The notes under the pieces are model-generated. The model was not told where the DNA came from. It worked only from the letters and a program-made list of their open reading frames with translations, and ran no database searches. From Gemmatimonadota bacterium (GTDB taxonomy: Bacteria > Gemmatimonadota > Gemmatimonadetes > Longimicrobiales > Gaopeijiaceae): 64,000 nucleotides of DNA. Shown here piece after piece: positions 26,812-35,369 of this stretch. The position numbers and the translations under genes are program-made. The stretch spans positions 18,279 to 82,278 of the forward strand of contig JAHEKM010000001.1 of NCBI GenBank assembly GCA_024638325.1, written 5' to 3'. Each line of letters begins with the position of its first letter. The stretch's first letter is position 1.

Positions 26812-26991
26812 ATGAGTGACGTCATCGAGTATCTGATGGCCAACCCGATCTTCCTCGCGCCCATCCTCTTGATGGTCGCGATGACGCTTTACGCGGCCAT
26901 CAAGAAGCTGCTGAAGATGGCTGCGATCGTGGTGATCGCCGGCAGTCTCTACCTCCTGATGGTCGAGTACTTCGGGGGCGGGCTGTCCTGA
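26812..26991 (+). CDS. Small two-TM membrane protein (59 aa; absent from the supplied ORF track)
   Basis: GAGAGG RBS, ATG 26812 to TGA 26991: MSDVIEYLMANPIFLAPILLMVAMTLYAAIKKLLKMAAIVVIAGSLYLLMVEYFGGGLS. Confidence 0.7.
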   Translation: MSDVIEYLMANPIFLAPILLMVAMTLYAAIKKLLKMAAIVVIAGSLYLLMVEYFGGGLS

Positions 26992-27061
26992 CTTCGCCTA
27001 GGGCCATCAAGAGACCCGCGAGGTCAGGGAAACGCTGCCGACGAGCTCCCGCCCGTACTGC

Positions 27062-27871
27062 CTAGAAGGGCAGCACCCGGGTGATGTTGAAGCCGAGGCG
27101 CAGCTCGTCCGGCTCGAAGGCGACCGGTGCTCCCGCGAGGAACTGCGTCGGGTTGATCCGGGACTGGTTCGTCACCAGGAGCTTGAAGAAGTGCCCCCTC
27201 GTCTCGGCCTCGAACCCGAAGGTTCCAGCATCGCGACCGATGTCGGTGCGCTCCTCGGCGATCAACCACTCGCCGAACAGGCTCAAGGAGTCGGTCATGT
27301 AGAGCTGGCCCGCGAGCCCCAGCGACCACCCGTTCTCGGTATCGAAGTCGAGAATGCGCGGGTTACGCAGGTACGTCGGCACCACCGCGAGCGCGAGCTT
27401 GCCACCCACCATCGTGTTGAGAATCAGCTGCCCGTAGGCCTGCGCCTCGTTGTCCTCGCCGCCGTTCGTCGGCACCTCGAAGACCTCGGTGTTCCACGCG
27501 ACACCGCCCTTGACCGCGACTTCGACCGGTAGCCCACCGAGGCTACCCTCGAAGAGCCCCAACGCGGCGTTGAGCTCGAGGTTGTCTTGGAAGTTGGTCC
27601 GGAGGACGCCGACGGTCAGGGCGTCCGTCACGGAGTACGACAACCCGAGTCGTATGGCCGCCGGTCCATCCACGCCCCAGAGTGCCTGGCTACCCTGCGA
27701 CACCGGGGTGTCGAAGCGGTGCGAGATCTCGAACAGCCACGTGCCGGACAGCATCGTCTCGGCCGTGGGCAGGTTCGCGACCTGGACCGAGTGAAAGACC
27801 TCCTGGGCGCTCGCTCGGGCCGGCGCAGCGACGAGCATCGCTACGCCGACCCAAAGGAGGGTGCGGGTCAT
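27062..27871 (-). CDS. DUF5777-like outer-membrane beta-barrel protein
   Basis: Signal peptide; FEISHRF, WGVDG, ETRGHFFKL..TN, LGFNITRV.F C-terminus. Confidence 0.75.
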   Translation of the reverse strand: MTRTLLWVGVAMLVAAPARASAQEVFHSVQVANLPTAETMLSGTWLFEISHRFDTPVSQGSQALWGVDGPAAIRLGLSYSVTDALTVGVLRTNFQDNLELNAALGLFEGSLGGLPVEVAVKGGVAWNTEVFEVPTNGGEDNEAQAYGQLILNTMVGGKLALAVVPTYLRNPRILDFDTENGWSLGLAGQLYMTDSLSLFGEWLIAEERTDIGRDAGTFGFEAETRGHFFKLLVTNQSRINPTQFLAGAPVAFEPDELRLGFNITRVLPF

Positions 27872-27875
27872 GGTC

Positions 27876-28268
27876 CTACTGGACCCGAACGGTTCCGGTC
27901 ATGCCGGAGTGCAACGTGCACTGGTACGTGTAGTCGCCGGTCGCAGACGGCATCGTCGACGTATGGGCGCCGCTGCTCTGATTGGGGATGTCCGTGATCG
28001 TAGCATCGGCGAAGGTCACGTTGTGCGTGAACGCGCCGGTCGCCCAGGTCCACGTCACCGTGGCGCCCGGTGATACCTGAATGAACTCCGGAGTGAACTG
28101 GTTGTTGCTGACCGCCACGTTGGTCGTCACGGTGGGGGTCCCACCGCCGCCACCGCCGCCGCCGCCGCCGCCGGGATCGGTGGGGCTGTCGTCGCCACAC
28201 GCGGTGACCGCGGCAAAGAGAAACGCCGCCATCACGGTGGTCCTGCGGCTCACATTGGATCGTCTCAT
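27876..28268 (-). CDS. Cupredoxin (plastocyanin/azurin-like) lipoprotein
   Basis: Lipobox VTAC, poly-Gly linker, type-1 copper ligands HNV ... YQCTLHSGM. Confidence 0.88.
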   Translation of the reverse strand: MRRSNVSRRTTVMAAFLFAAVTACGDDSPTDPGGGGGGGGGGGTPTVTTNVAVSNNQFTPEFIQVSPGATVTWTWATGAFTHNVTFADATITDIPNQSSGAHTSTMPSATGDYTYQCTLHSGMTGTVRVQ

Positions 28269-28302
28269 CTCGTCCCCCCGTTCGACTGTGGATTGGCCTT
28301 TC

Positions 28303-28343
28303 GATGTTCGGTGAACATCTCAAGCTTGAGTCAAATCATATGA
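28303..28343. promoter_or_regulatory. AT-rich cluster of inverted repeats including an FNR/CRP-like box upstream of the cupredoxin gene
   Basis: GATGTTC-ggt-GAACATC (28303-28319), CTCAAGCTTGAG (28319-28330), TTGAG-tcaa-ATCAT (28326-28339), TCATATGA (28336-28343). Confidence 0.45.
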
Positions 28344-28392
28344 CGATCGAACCGGCTCGGCCAACACACCTGGGGCCGTCGGCGGCTCTTGG

Positions 28393-28821
28393 TCATGGCG
28401 CGGCGCCTCCGGTCACGACGAAGCGGTAGCACCACGTCTCACCCTCGAGCAGGATCTCGCCGTCCGCCTCGCGCACGACCTTCATACGTAGGTGGCAGAC
28501 CGGCTTGGACTCGTGGACCGAGAGAACCTCGGCGGACCCGGTGATCGTGTCACCAATGTAGGTCGGGGCCGAGAACTTCCAGTCCTGGCTCAGGAAAACG
28601 GTGCCCGGACCTGGCATGTCCATGGCGACGAGCGCGTGCAACAGGCCGGTCGTCAGTCCCCCCTGCGCCACGAGGCGTCCGAAGCGGGTCTTCGCCGCGA
28701 ACTCCTCGTCGAAATGGAGCGGGTTGTAGTCGCCCGTCATGTCCGCGTACGCGCGGACGTGTCCGGCGCTGACCGTCATGGTGCGAGAAGCGGTCTGGCC
28801 GACCTTCAGGTCCAGCGTCAT
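28393..28821 (-). CDS. MaoC-family (R)-hydratase
   Basis: TGDYNPLH.D.EFA..TRFG, PGPGT, F..P.YIGD. Confidence 0.88.
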   Translation of the reverse strand: MTLDLKVGQTASRTMTVSAGHVRAYADMTGDYNPLHFDEEFAAKTRFGRLVAQGGLTTGLLHALVAMDMPGPGTVFLSQDWKFSAPTYIGDTITGSAEVLSVHESKPVCHLRMKVVREADGEILLEGETWCYRFVVTGGAAP

Positions 28822-28948
28822 TCGTCGTCACCCTCCTTCGTGTGATTTCTCCTACGCCGGCTTGCCGCGCCGGCGGCGAACTCGGCATCTTCGCGGTCCC
28901 GAAAGCCGAGCACCAGCGCCTTGGGCGCGATAACAGCGGTGACGTGAC

Positions 28949-30304
28949 ATGGAATGCCTGGAGTCCTTCAATCCCGCCAACGGAGAAGTCGTCGGAGAGG
29001 TTCCTCTCACGCCCGTGGAGGACATCCCCGCCATCGTGGACCGTGCGCGGTCCGCGCAGCCCGCCTGGGCGGACCTGGGCCTGGAGGGACGCGGAGAGCT
29101 GCTGAAGCAGACGCTCCCCATCTTCGCAGAGCGCGTGGAGCAACACGCCGCACTGATCACCGCGGAGATGGGCAAGCCCACCAAGGAGAGCATCGGAGAG
29201 GCGAAGTCACTCGGCTGGGGTCTGGACCGGGAGCTCGACGAGATCGTCGGAGCCCTCAGTCCCGAGTTCGTAGAGGACAAGCGTGCTCGAAGCACGATCT
29301 ACCACGATCCGCTCGGCGTCGTCGGCGCCATCACGCCGTGGAACTTCCCGATGTCGATGCCGAGCTGGATGCTGATCCCGTCCCTGGCGGCCGGAAACAC
29401 GGTGGTCTTCAAGCCGTCGGAAGAGACTCCGCTGTGCGGCCAGGCGTACGCGGACGTGCTCAACGAGGTCCTCCCCGAAGACGTGCTGATCGTCGTGCAC
29501 GGCGCGGACGACCAGGGCAAGGCGATCGTGAAGTCCGACGTCGACATGATCGCGTTCACGGGCTCGCGGGAGGCGGGCAAGCACATCATGCGCGAAGCCA
29601 GCTCGTCGCTGAAGCGCCTGGTCCTCGAGCTCGGCGGCAAGGACCCCATGATCGTGCTCGACGACGCCGACATCGAGAAGGCGGCGAAGTTCGCCGCGGT
29701 CAACTCGTTCCGGAACTGCGGACAGGTGTGCGTCTCTACGGAGCGCATCTTCGTCATGGAGGAGATCGCCGATGAGTTCGAGAAGGCACTCTCGGGTATC
29801 GCTGCGGCGATGACCGTGGGAGATGGCGCGGAGGGTGCCGACGTCGGGCCGATGGTGAACGCGCGCCAGCGCGACCACGTGCTCGCGCAGCTCGACGCGG
29901 CGGTGGCGGCCGGCGCCACCGTCGCCGCCGGCGGCACGGGGCACCACGACAACTTCGTCACGCCGACGGTCCTCGTGGGCGTGACCGACGACATGGACAT
30001 CGCCGCAAGCGAGACCTTCGGACCCGTCGCGTGCGTGACCCGCGTGAAGTCGGCGGACGAGGCGGTCGAGCGGGCGAACCACACCCGCTTCGGACTCGGC
30101 GCGGTCGTCTTCGGCGGCGACGAACGGCGGACGGAGGCCGTGGCGCGAAAGCTCACGGCCGGAATGATCGGCGTGAACCGTCCCATCACGGGCGCTACCG
30201 GCACGCCCTGGGTGGGCGCCCGGGAAAGCGGCTTCGGCTTCCACAAGTCGAAGGACGGCCACCGGCAGTTCACCCAGACGCGCGTGGTGACACGACCCGT
30301 CTAG
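28949..30304 (+). CDS. NAD(P)-dependent aldehyde dehydrogenase
   Basis: ITPWNFP, KPSEETP, FTGS, LELGGKD, NCGQVC, ETFGPV. Confidence 0.95.
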   Translation: MECLESFNPANGEVVGEVPLTPVEDIPAIVDRARSAQPAWADLGLEGRGELLKQTLPIFAERVEQHAALITAEMGKPTKESIGEAKSLGWGLDRELDEIVGALSPEFVEDKRARSTIYHDPLGVVGAITPWNFPMSMPSWMLIPSLAAGNTVVFKPSEETPLCGQAYADVLNEVLPEDVLIVVHGADDQGKAIVKSDVDMIAFTGSREAGKHIMREASSSLKRLVLELGGKDPMIVLDDADIEKAAKFAAVNSFRNCGQVCVSTERIFVMEEIADEFEKALSGIAAAMTVGDGAEGADVGPMVNARQRDHVLAQLDAAVAAGATVAAGGTGHHDNFVTPTVLVGVTDDMDIAASETFGPVACVTRVKSADEAVERANHTRFGLGAVVFGGDERRTEAVARKLTAGMIGVNRPITGATGTPWVGARESGFGFHKSKDGHRQFTQTRVVTRPV

Positions 30305-30319
30305 GCAAGCTTGAGCTCC

Positions 30320-31300
30320 CTAGGGCGTCCTCAGTGGCTCGAGGAAGTCCAGGATCTCATCGAAGAGCGCGTCGGTGGTCTCAGGCGACATGATCTCGCC
30401 GGCGATGACGTGCTCTTCCGGGTCCGTAGAGCCCGTGACGACGTGCATCTCCAACCGCCCGGCCACCAGGCGCGGCAGCTGCTCCTCGGTGGCCTCGGGC
30501 GACACCACCTCGTCGCCGCGCGAGTAGAACACGAGCGTGGGTGGCTCGAGGCTTCCGTCCGGGAGCGAGCGCACGTGGTCGACCAGGGCCATCATCGGGA
30601 GCACGGCACGCGTGGGGTAGCACGTCGTCCAATGGCGTTCCTGTGCGGGGCTCTTCGGCTCGAAGCAGCGCTCCGGGCCCACCACCAGTCGGGCGATGAG
30701 TCCTCCCCAGGGCCAGAGCAGGACCGGTGCAGCGGGGTCCTGGATGCCCAGGTTGGGAGAGATGAGCACGAGCGCAGCGACCCTGCCGGCCGCCTCCTGA
30801 CGCGAAGCCGCCCAGAGCGCCAGGGTGCCGCCGGTGGAGGTGCCGATGAGCACGACCCGTTCGCCGATGTATCCCCCGATCGCCACGGCCTCTGCGGTGT
30901 CGTCGAGCCACGCCTCGGCGTCGACCTCGCCCATGGCGTCGCCGTCCCTGCCGTGTCCCCTCAGGCGGGAGAAGTACACGTTGGCGCCCAGCCCTCGGGC
31001 GAGGTCGCTCACCAACGGCTCGACCTCGTGACGATCCGCTGAGAAGCCGTGCAGGTACACGACCGAAATCGGCGTGACCGCCGGCGCGGAAGGGTCGACC
31101 CACGCGATCGAGCGGGCATCTCCTGGCCTCAGGTCGGGCACCTGCGACTCGCTGCTGGCCAAGTACGCGTCGAGGTCCGCCGGAAGCGACGGCTCGATCC
31201 AGCGGTCGTCCAGGTGGGCCCTCGGGCCCAACAAGAACACCACCAGTAACCCGACGGCCACCCCTCCCCCGACGTACACCGCCCTGGCTCCCCTCGTCAT
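30320..31300 (-). CDS. Alpha/beta hydrolase (lysophospholipase/carboxylesterase-like), N-terminal TM
   Basis: YLHGFS, LRGHG, GTSTG nucleophile, D.VV, H near the C-terminus. Confidence 0.85.
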   Translation of the reverse strand: MTRGARAVYVGGGVAVGLLVVFLLGPRAHLDDRWIEPSLPADLDAYLASSESQVPDLRPGDARSIAWVDPSAPAVTPISVVYLHGFSADRHEVEPLVSDLARGLGANVYFSRLRGHGRDGDAMGEVDAEAWLDDTAEAVAIGGYIGERVVLIGTSTGGTLALWAASRQEAAGRVAALVLISPNLGIQDPAAPVLLWPWGGLIARLVVGPERCFEPKSPAQERHWTTCYPTRAVLPMMALVDHVRSLPDGSLEPPTLVFYSRGDEVVSPEATEEQLPRLVAGRLEMHVVTGSTDPEEHVIAGEIMSPETTDALFDEILDFLEPLRTP

Positions 31301-31526
31301 TCGGTCTGGACCTCTCGGTGAGGAACGGTCGCCGCACCGTGTCGGTACGACCACGAAGCACTCGACGGCGGCCGCCCGGTGAACCTTCGGCCGCCCAACT
31401 CAGCAATCGACGGTAGTCGGCGGTCTTAGTAGCTGCAAACCGAGACATGATCTGGCGGCGTAGGCGCCTCCCAGCCAGGTTGTTTGCCGCGGTCGATCAC
31501 CATTTTTCAGCAGACGGAGCACGACG

Positions 31527-33452
31527 ATGCGACGATTTCCCCCGGCCTGGTACGGTGTACTCGCCCTGGCCGCTGCCCTTGTACTCCCGTCGGCGGCCCA
31601 AGCGCAGCACGGCGCCCCGAACGGTGAGTGGCGGACCTACGGTGGAGACGCGGGGCACACCAGGTACTCGGCGCTCGACCAGATCGACGCCACCAACGCC
31701 GGCGACCTCGAGATCGCCTGGCGCTGGACGGGCCGCAACTTCGGGCCGAACCCGTTCGCCGGAAGCCAGACCACGCCCTTGATGATCGACGGCAAGCTCT
31801 ACGCAACGGTCGGAATGCGACGCGCCGTGGTGGCCCTGGATCCAGGCACCGGTGAGACGCTCTGGACCTGGACGATGGACGAGAGCGACAGGCTCGAGGT
31901 AGCGCCTCGTGTCAACTCTGGGCGCGGGGTGTCGTACTGGTCGGACGGCAACGGGGACGACCGCATCTACGTGATCACGCCGGGTTACCACCTTGCGGCG
32001 TTGGACGCCGAGACGGGCTACCCGGTGGAGGGCTTCGGCGATGGAGGCATCCTCGACCTGAATCGGAATCACCGCACGCGCGACGGCATCCCGCTCGTGG
32101 GCACGATCGGCGCCAGCTCGCCGGCTGCGATCGTCGGTGACGTGGTCGTCGTCGGCTCGGCTCACCACGTCGGCATGCGGCCGCCGTCCATGGTCAACAC
32201 GCCCGGTGACGTGCGCGGCTTCGACGCGCGGACCGGCGAACTGCTATGGACCTTCCACACGATTCCCGAGCCCGGCGAGGCCGGACACGAGACGTGGCTC
32301 GAGGACTCTTGGACGTACACGGGCAACGCCGCGGTCTGGGCGCAGATCGCTTGGGACGAAGAGACGGGCATCGTCTACCTCCCCACGGAGGCCGCGACCG
32401 GCGACTACTACGGTGGTCATCGCCCTGGGAACAACCTGTACTCGACGAGCGTCGTGGCTCTCGACGCCTCGGACGGCGAGATGCTTTGGTACTTCCAGAC
32501 CATCCATCACGACATCTGGGATTGGGACCACCCCACGCATCCGATCCTCGCCGACCTCAACATCGACGGCCGAGATCGGCAGATCGTCGCCCAGATCACG
32601 AAGCAGGGCTTCGTGTTCGTGTTCGACCGCATGACCGGCGAGCCCATCTGGCCCATCGAGGAGCGTCCTGTTCCCCAGGACGCGGCCCCGGGCGAGTGGA
32701 CTTCGCCGACGCAGCCGTTCCCGACGAAGCCGGCACCGTTCACGCCGCAGGGCTTCAGCGAAGAGAACCTCATCGACTTCACGCCCGAGATCTACGCTCG
32801 GGCGGAGGAGATCGCGCGGCAGTATCGCTGGGGCCCGATCTACACTCCACCGTCGGTACGCGACGAAGAGAACGGGACCCTCGGCACGCTCACGCTACCG
32901 GCCTCGACCGGAGGCGCGAACTGGGAGGGCGGCGTTCTCGATCCCGAGACCGGGTACCTCTACATCCCGTCCGTGTCGGCCCCCTCGTTCCTCTCACTCG
33001 TACCGGGTGAGGACCGCTCCGACATGAATTACATCGCGGGCGGCGGCCGCGGGAACCTGGCCCCGGGCGTCTCCATCGTGAAGCCGCCGTGGGGGAGCAT
33101 CACGGCGATCGACCTCACGACGGGCGACCACGCCTGGAGCGTGCCGAATGGCAACACGCCGGACTACGTCGCCGAGCGCCTCGGGATCGACCCGTCGCTG
33201 GTGCCGAACACCGGCAAGCAGGGGCGCGCGAACCTCATGGTGACCAGCACGTTGCTGTTCGCCGGTGAGAGCGTGGACGAGCCGTTCCGCGCCATCGACA
33301 AGGCGACGGGCGAGACCGTCGCGGAGCTCATGCTGCCGGGACCGACGTCCGGAAATCCCATGACGTACATGCACAACGGTCGGCAGTACATCGTCGTAGC
33401 CGTCAGCCCGCGGGGTGCGCCGTCGGAGCTGGTGGCCCTGAGGCTGCCCTAG
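31527..33452 (+). CDS. PQQ-dependent dehydrogenase (quinoprotein glucose dehydrogenase-like), periplasmic
   Basis: Signal peptide; W.TYGG...RYSALDQI, HHDIWDWD, GGANW, KPPWG, PMTY...GRQYIVV. Confidence 0.92.
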   Translation: MRRFPPAWYGVLALAAALVLPSAAQAQHGAPNGEWRTYGGDAGHTRYSALDQIDATNAGDLEIAWRWTGRNFGPNPFAGSQTTPLMIDGKLYATVGMRRAVVALDPGTGETLWTWTMDESDRLEVAPRVNSGRGVSYWSDGNGDDRIYVITPGYHLAALDAETGYPVEGFGDGGILDLNRNHRTRDGIPLVGTIGASSPAAIVGDVVVVGSAHHVGMRPPSMVNTPGDVRGFDARTGELLWTFHTIPEPGEAGHETWLEDSWTYTGNAAVWAQIAWDEETGIVYLPTEAATGDYYGGHRPGNNLYSTSVVALDASDGEMLWYFQTIHHDIWDWDHPTHPILADLNIDGRDRQIVAQITKQGFVFVFDRMTGEPIWPIEERPVPQDAAPGEWTSPTQPFPTKPAPFTPQGFSEENLIDFTPEIYARAEEIARQYRWGPIYTPPSVRDEENGTLGTLTLPASTGGANWEGGVLDPETGYLYIPSVSAPSFLSLVPGEDRSDMNYIAGGGRGNLAPGVSIVKPPWGSITAIDLTTGDHAWSVPNGNTPDYVAERLGIDPSLVPNTGKQGRANLMVTSTLLFAGESVDEPFRAIDKATGETVAELMLPGPTSGNPMTYMHNGRQYIVVAVSPRGAPSELVALRLP

Positions 33453-33477
33453 GTAGCCCAGCGGCAACGAGACGGCC

Positions 33478-33520
33478 GAGGCCGCCGGGGGACAGTGAAG
33501 TCCCCGGCGGCCTCTTCGTA
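33478..33520 (+). terminator. Probable intrinsic terminator after the PQQ dehydrogenase
   Basis: GAGGCCGCCGGGGGAC / GTCCCCGGCGGCCTC stem (one bulge), weak T tail. Confidence 0.55.
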
Positions 33521-33611
33521 TGCGCGGTGTCGGCGCACCTCAGGTATGGCACGACGCGGCGAGTCGCCCGAGATTGGGTCTGCCCCCCCAAAGGCGCACT
33601 ACGGAGCACAC

Positions 33612-34094
33612 ATGCCAGGCAGGGAGAAGGCGCAGGGCAGAGAGCACGCGATCGGGCACCCGGCTGTGACCGACTCACAGACGGGACTCGCCAACAGCCT
33701 CCACTTCGACCTCGTGTATTCGTACCTGTTCGCGGGGGGCAACCGCGGGGTGAGCTTCTCGGTGATGCTGATCTCGGCGGGCGGCGAGCCCAGCGCGTCG
33801 GGCGTGAGGTCGCTCGGTGAGAAGATCGAACGTACCACACGCGATTCCGACCTCGTGGCCCACCTGGGGGGCGGGCGCTTCGTCGTGCTCCTGTTGGGGA
33901 CCAACCTCCCAGGCGCCCGCGTGGCGGCGGACAGGTTGGAAACGGCGCTCTCGGGCGATGGCCGTGCCACCGCCAGTATCGGCCTCGCCGTCTACTCCAC
34001 GGACATGAGTGAGCCGTCCGAGCTCCTGGAGTCGGCGGACAAGGCGCTCTCGGCGGCCGAGGCGGCAGGAGGCGGCATCGAGTTCGGGCGCTGA
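33612..34094 (+). CDS. Stand-alone degenerate GGDEF-domain protein
   Basis: DSQTGLAN, RDSD-LVAHL-GGGRF, TASIGLA, ADKAL. Confidence 0.8.
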   Translation: MPGREKAQGREHAIGHPAVTDSQTGLANSLHFDLVYSYLFAGGNRGVSFSVMLISAGGEPSASGVRSLGEKIERTTRDSDLVAHLGGGRFVVLLLGTNLPGARVAADRLETALSGDGRATASIGLAVYSTDMSEPSELLESADKALSAAEAAGGGIEFGR

Positions 34095-34116
34095 ACCGGG
34101 CCGCTCCCCGGCACCC

Positions 34117-34476
34117 CTAGCGGTCGACCAGGCGAATCTGGTCGGGACGATTCGGAACGACGCACAAGAACTCGAACGGTTCACCACCTTCGTCGGCGTC
34201 GTAGCTGTGGGGCACGCCGCCCGGGATGAAGACGACGTCGCCGGCCTTCACGTGGTGCATGTCGTCCCCGATCCGTACCCGAGCACTGCCCCGTAGCACG
34301 TACTGCTCGTGCTCGACCTCGTTGGTGTGCATCGGCATGCCGCCACCCGGCTCCATGATGAAGCGCCTCATGGCGAAGTTGGGCCCCTCATCGGGTCCGA
34401 TCAGTACCTGACGCTTGGTGGCGGTACCGGCCGCGACGTCTTCGGTGGGCAGGGAGTCGGCGTGTCGTACGGGCAT
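34117..34476 (-). CDS. Cupin-domain protein
   Basis: NFAMRRF..PGG.MPMHT..VEHEQYVL.G, GDVVFIP.GVPH. Confidence 0.88.
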   Translation of the reverse strand: MPVRHADSLPTEDVAAGTATKRQVLIGPDEGPNFAMRRFIMEPGGGMPMHTNEVEHEQYVLRGSARVRIGDDMHHVKAGDVVFIPGGVPHSYDADEGGEPFEFLCVVPNRPDQIRLVDR

Positions 34477-34586
34477 CGGGCAATCTCCAGGTCCTTGGTG
34501 CTGATGCGACAAGATGGAGACGCCGGCGCATTCAGCGACAGGCCTGACCGACCACCGCCAGCAGCGACGAGGAAACGAACCGAAGC

Positions 34587-34623
34587 AAAAAGCGACCCGG
34601 TGGAGCCGAAGCTCCACCGGGTC
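34587..34623 (-). terminator. Strong intrinsic terminator
   Basis: Minus strand GACCCGGTGGAGC-TTCG-GCTCCACCGGGTC (13-bp stem, cUUCGg loop) followed by GCTTTTT. Confidence 0.85.
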
Positions 34624-34631
34624 CGAGACGA

Positions 34632-34794
34632 AGCACCTGTGACCCTCCCGCCAACAGGACGCTTCACCTTTGCTTGGGCCCGCCGACAGTCCCTGCCCTG
34701 AACTCCCGACGAACCCCTGGGCCGGCTCCGAGAGACGGAGGGAGTGCTGGACCCCGTCCTCAGGTGTCTGCGCGACCCATTACATCACAAGGCC
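34632..34794 (-). ncRNA. ssrS: Structured non-coding RNA, probably 6S RNA
   Basis: About 163 nt between a TAGCTT -10 and a terminator; ends pair into a long irregular rod (CTTGTGAT/GTCACAGG, TAATGGG/CCTGTTG, GCGC/GCGT, CACCT/AGGTG) with apical CTCCC/GGGAG; folded by eye. Confidence 0.55.
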
Positions 34795-34800
34795 AAGCTA
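34795..34800 (-). promoter_or_regulatory. -10 element for the ncRNA
   Basis: TAGCTT on the minus strand directly upstream of the predicted RNA 5' end. Confidence 0.45.
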
Positions 34801-34917
34801 GCTGGGGGCACGGGCCGCAACCGTCAGGCAAGGCACTGGCGCACGTGTGGGGGAATCCCCTACAAGACGCCTCACCGGAGGCGCGCGACGATCTACGCGC
34901 CGGGTGCGCCGGACCGA

Positions 34918-35328
34918 TCAGGAGGGACGGCGGCGGACCGAGATACGCAGGGGAGGCGCAACGCCATAGTGGAAGTGCAGCCGGTTCTCGCCCTCGACGA
35001 TGACGTTGGTCGTCTTCTGCTTCGTCTTCGGCCAGTCGTGGCCCTGCTCGTTGTCGACGACCAGGATCTCGCCTTCACCCAAGGCGCTGCGTAGCTCCTC
35101 GATCTGCGCTTGGAGCTTGTTCAGGAGGACCTCCTCGGTCTCGTCCTGGACATTCCCTTCCGCCTCTGCGACGAGCTCATGCGTGGCGAGGACCTCGTGC
35201 GTGGCATCGAAGTCGTCCGCCGGAATCGACTCCTCCCGGTTGCGACGGAAGGCGACCTCGTTTAGGGCCAACGAGTCGAAGTTGATGTCGACGCTCTGGT
35301 AGGCGGTTCCGTAGCGGCGGAAGATCAT
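34918..35328 (-). CDS. Conserved hypothetical protein
   Basis: GAGG RBS, GC3-rich acidic ORF MIFRRYGTAYQSVD..., downstream of the helicase. Confidence 0.75.
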   Translation of the reverse strand: MIFRRYGTAYQSVDINFDSLALNEVAFRRNREESIPADDFDATHEVLATHELVAEAEGNVQDETEEVLLNKLQAQIEELRSALGEGEILVVDNEQGHDWPKTKQKTTNVIVEGENRLHFHYGVAPPLRISVRRRPS

Positions 35329-35369
35329 GGGTGCCTCGTGTGGTGCGCGTTCGTGGACTGGAAGCGGGC

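Noticed and set aside
28141..28175. GCC/GGC trinucleotide runs (also near 63737-63766)
   Set aside because: In-frame poly-Gly linkers; not a CRISPR or phase-variation tract
31301..31526. Intergenic region with inverted repeats before the PQQ dehydrogenase
   Set aside because: No riboswitch consensus or terminator recognised; treated as an ordinary divergent promoter
34805..34865. Plus-strand CCGCAACCGT...GCACTG...GGGAA reminiscent of a cobalamin riboswitch
   Set aside because: No AAxAGGGAA or AG.C.G.AGACC.GCC elements and no downstream plus-strand gene; better explained as the promoter region of the minus-strand RNA
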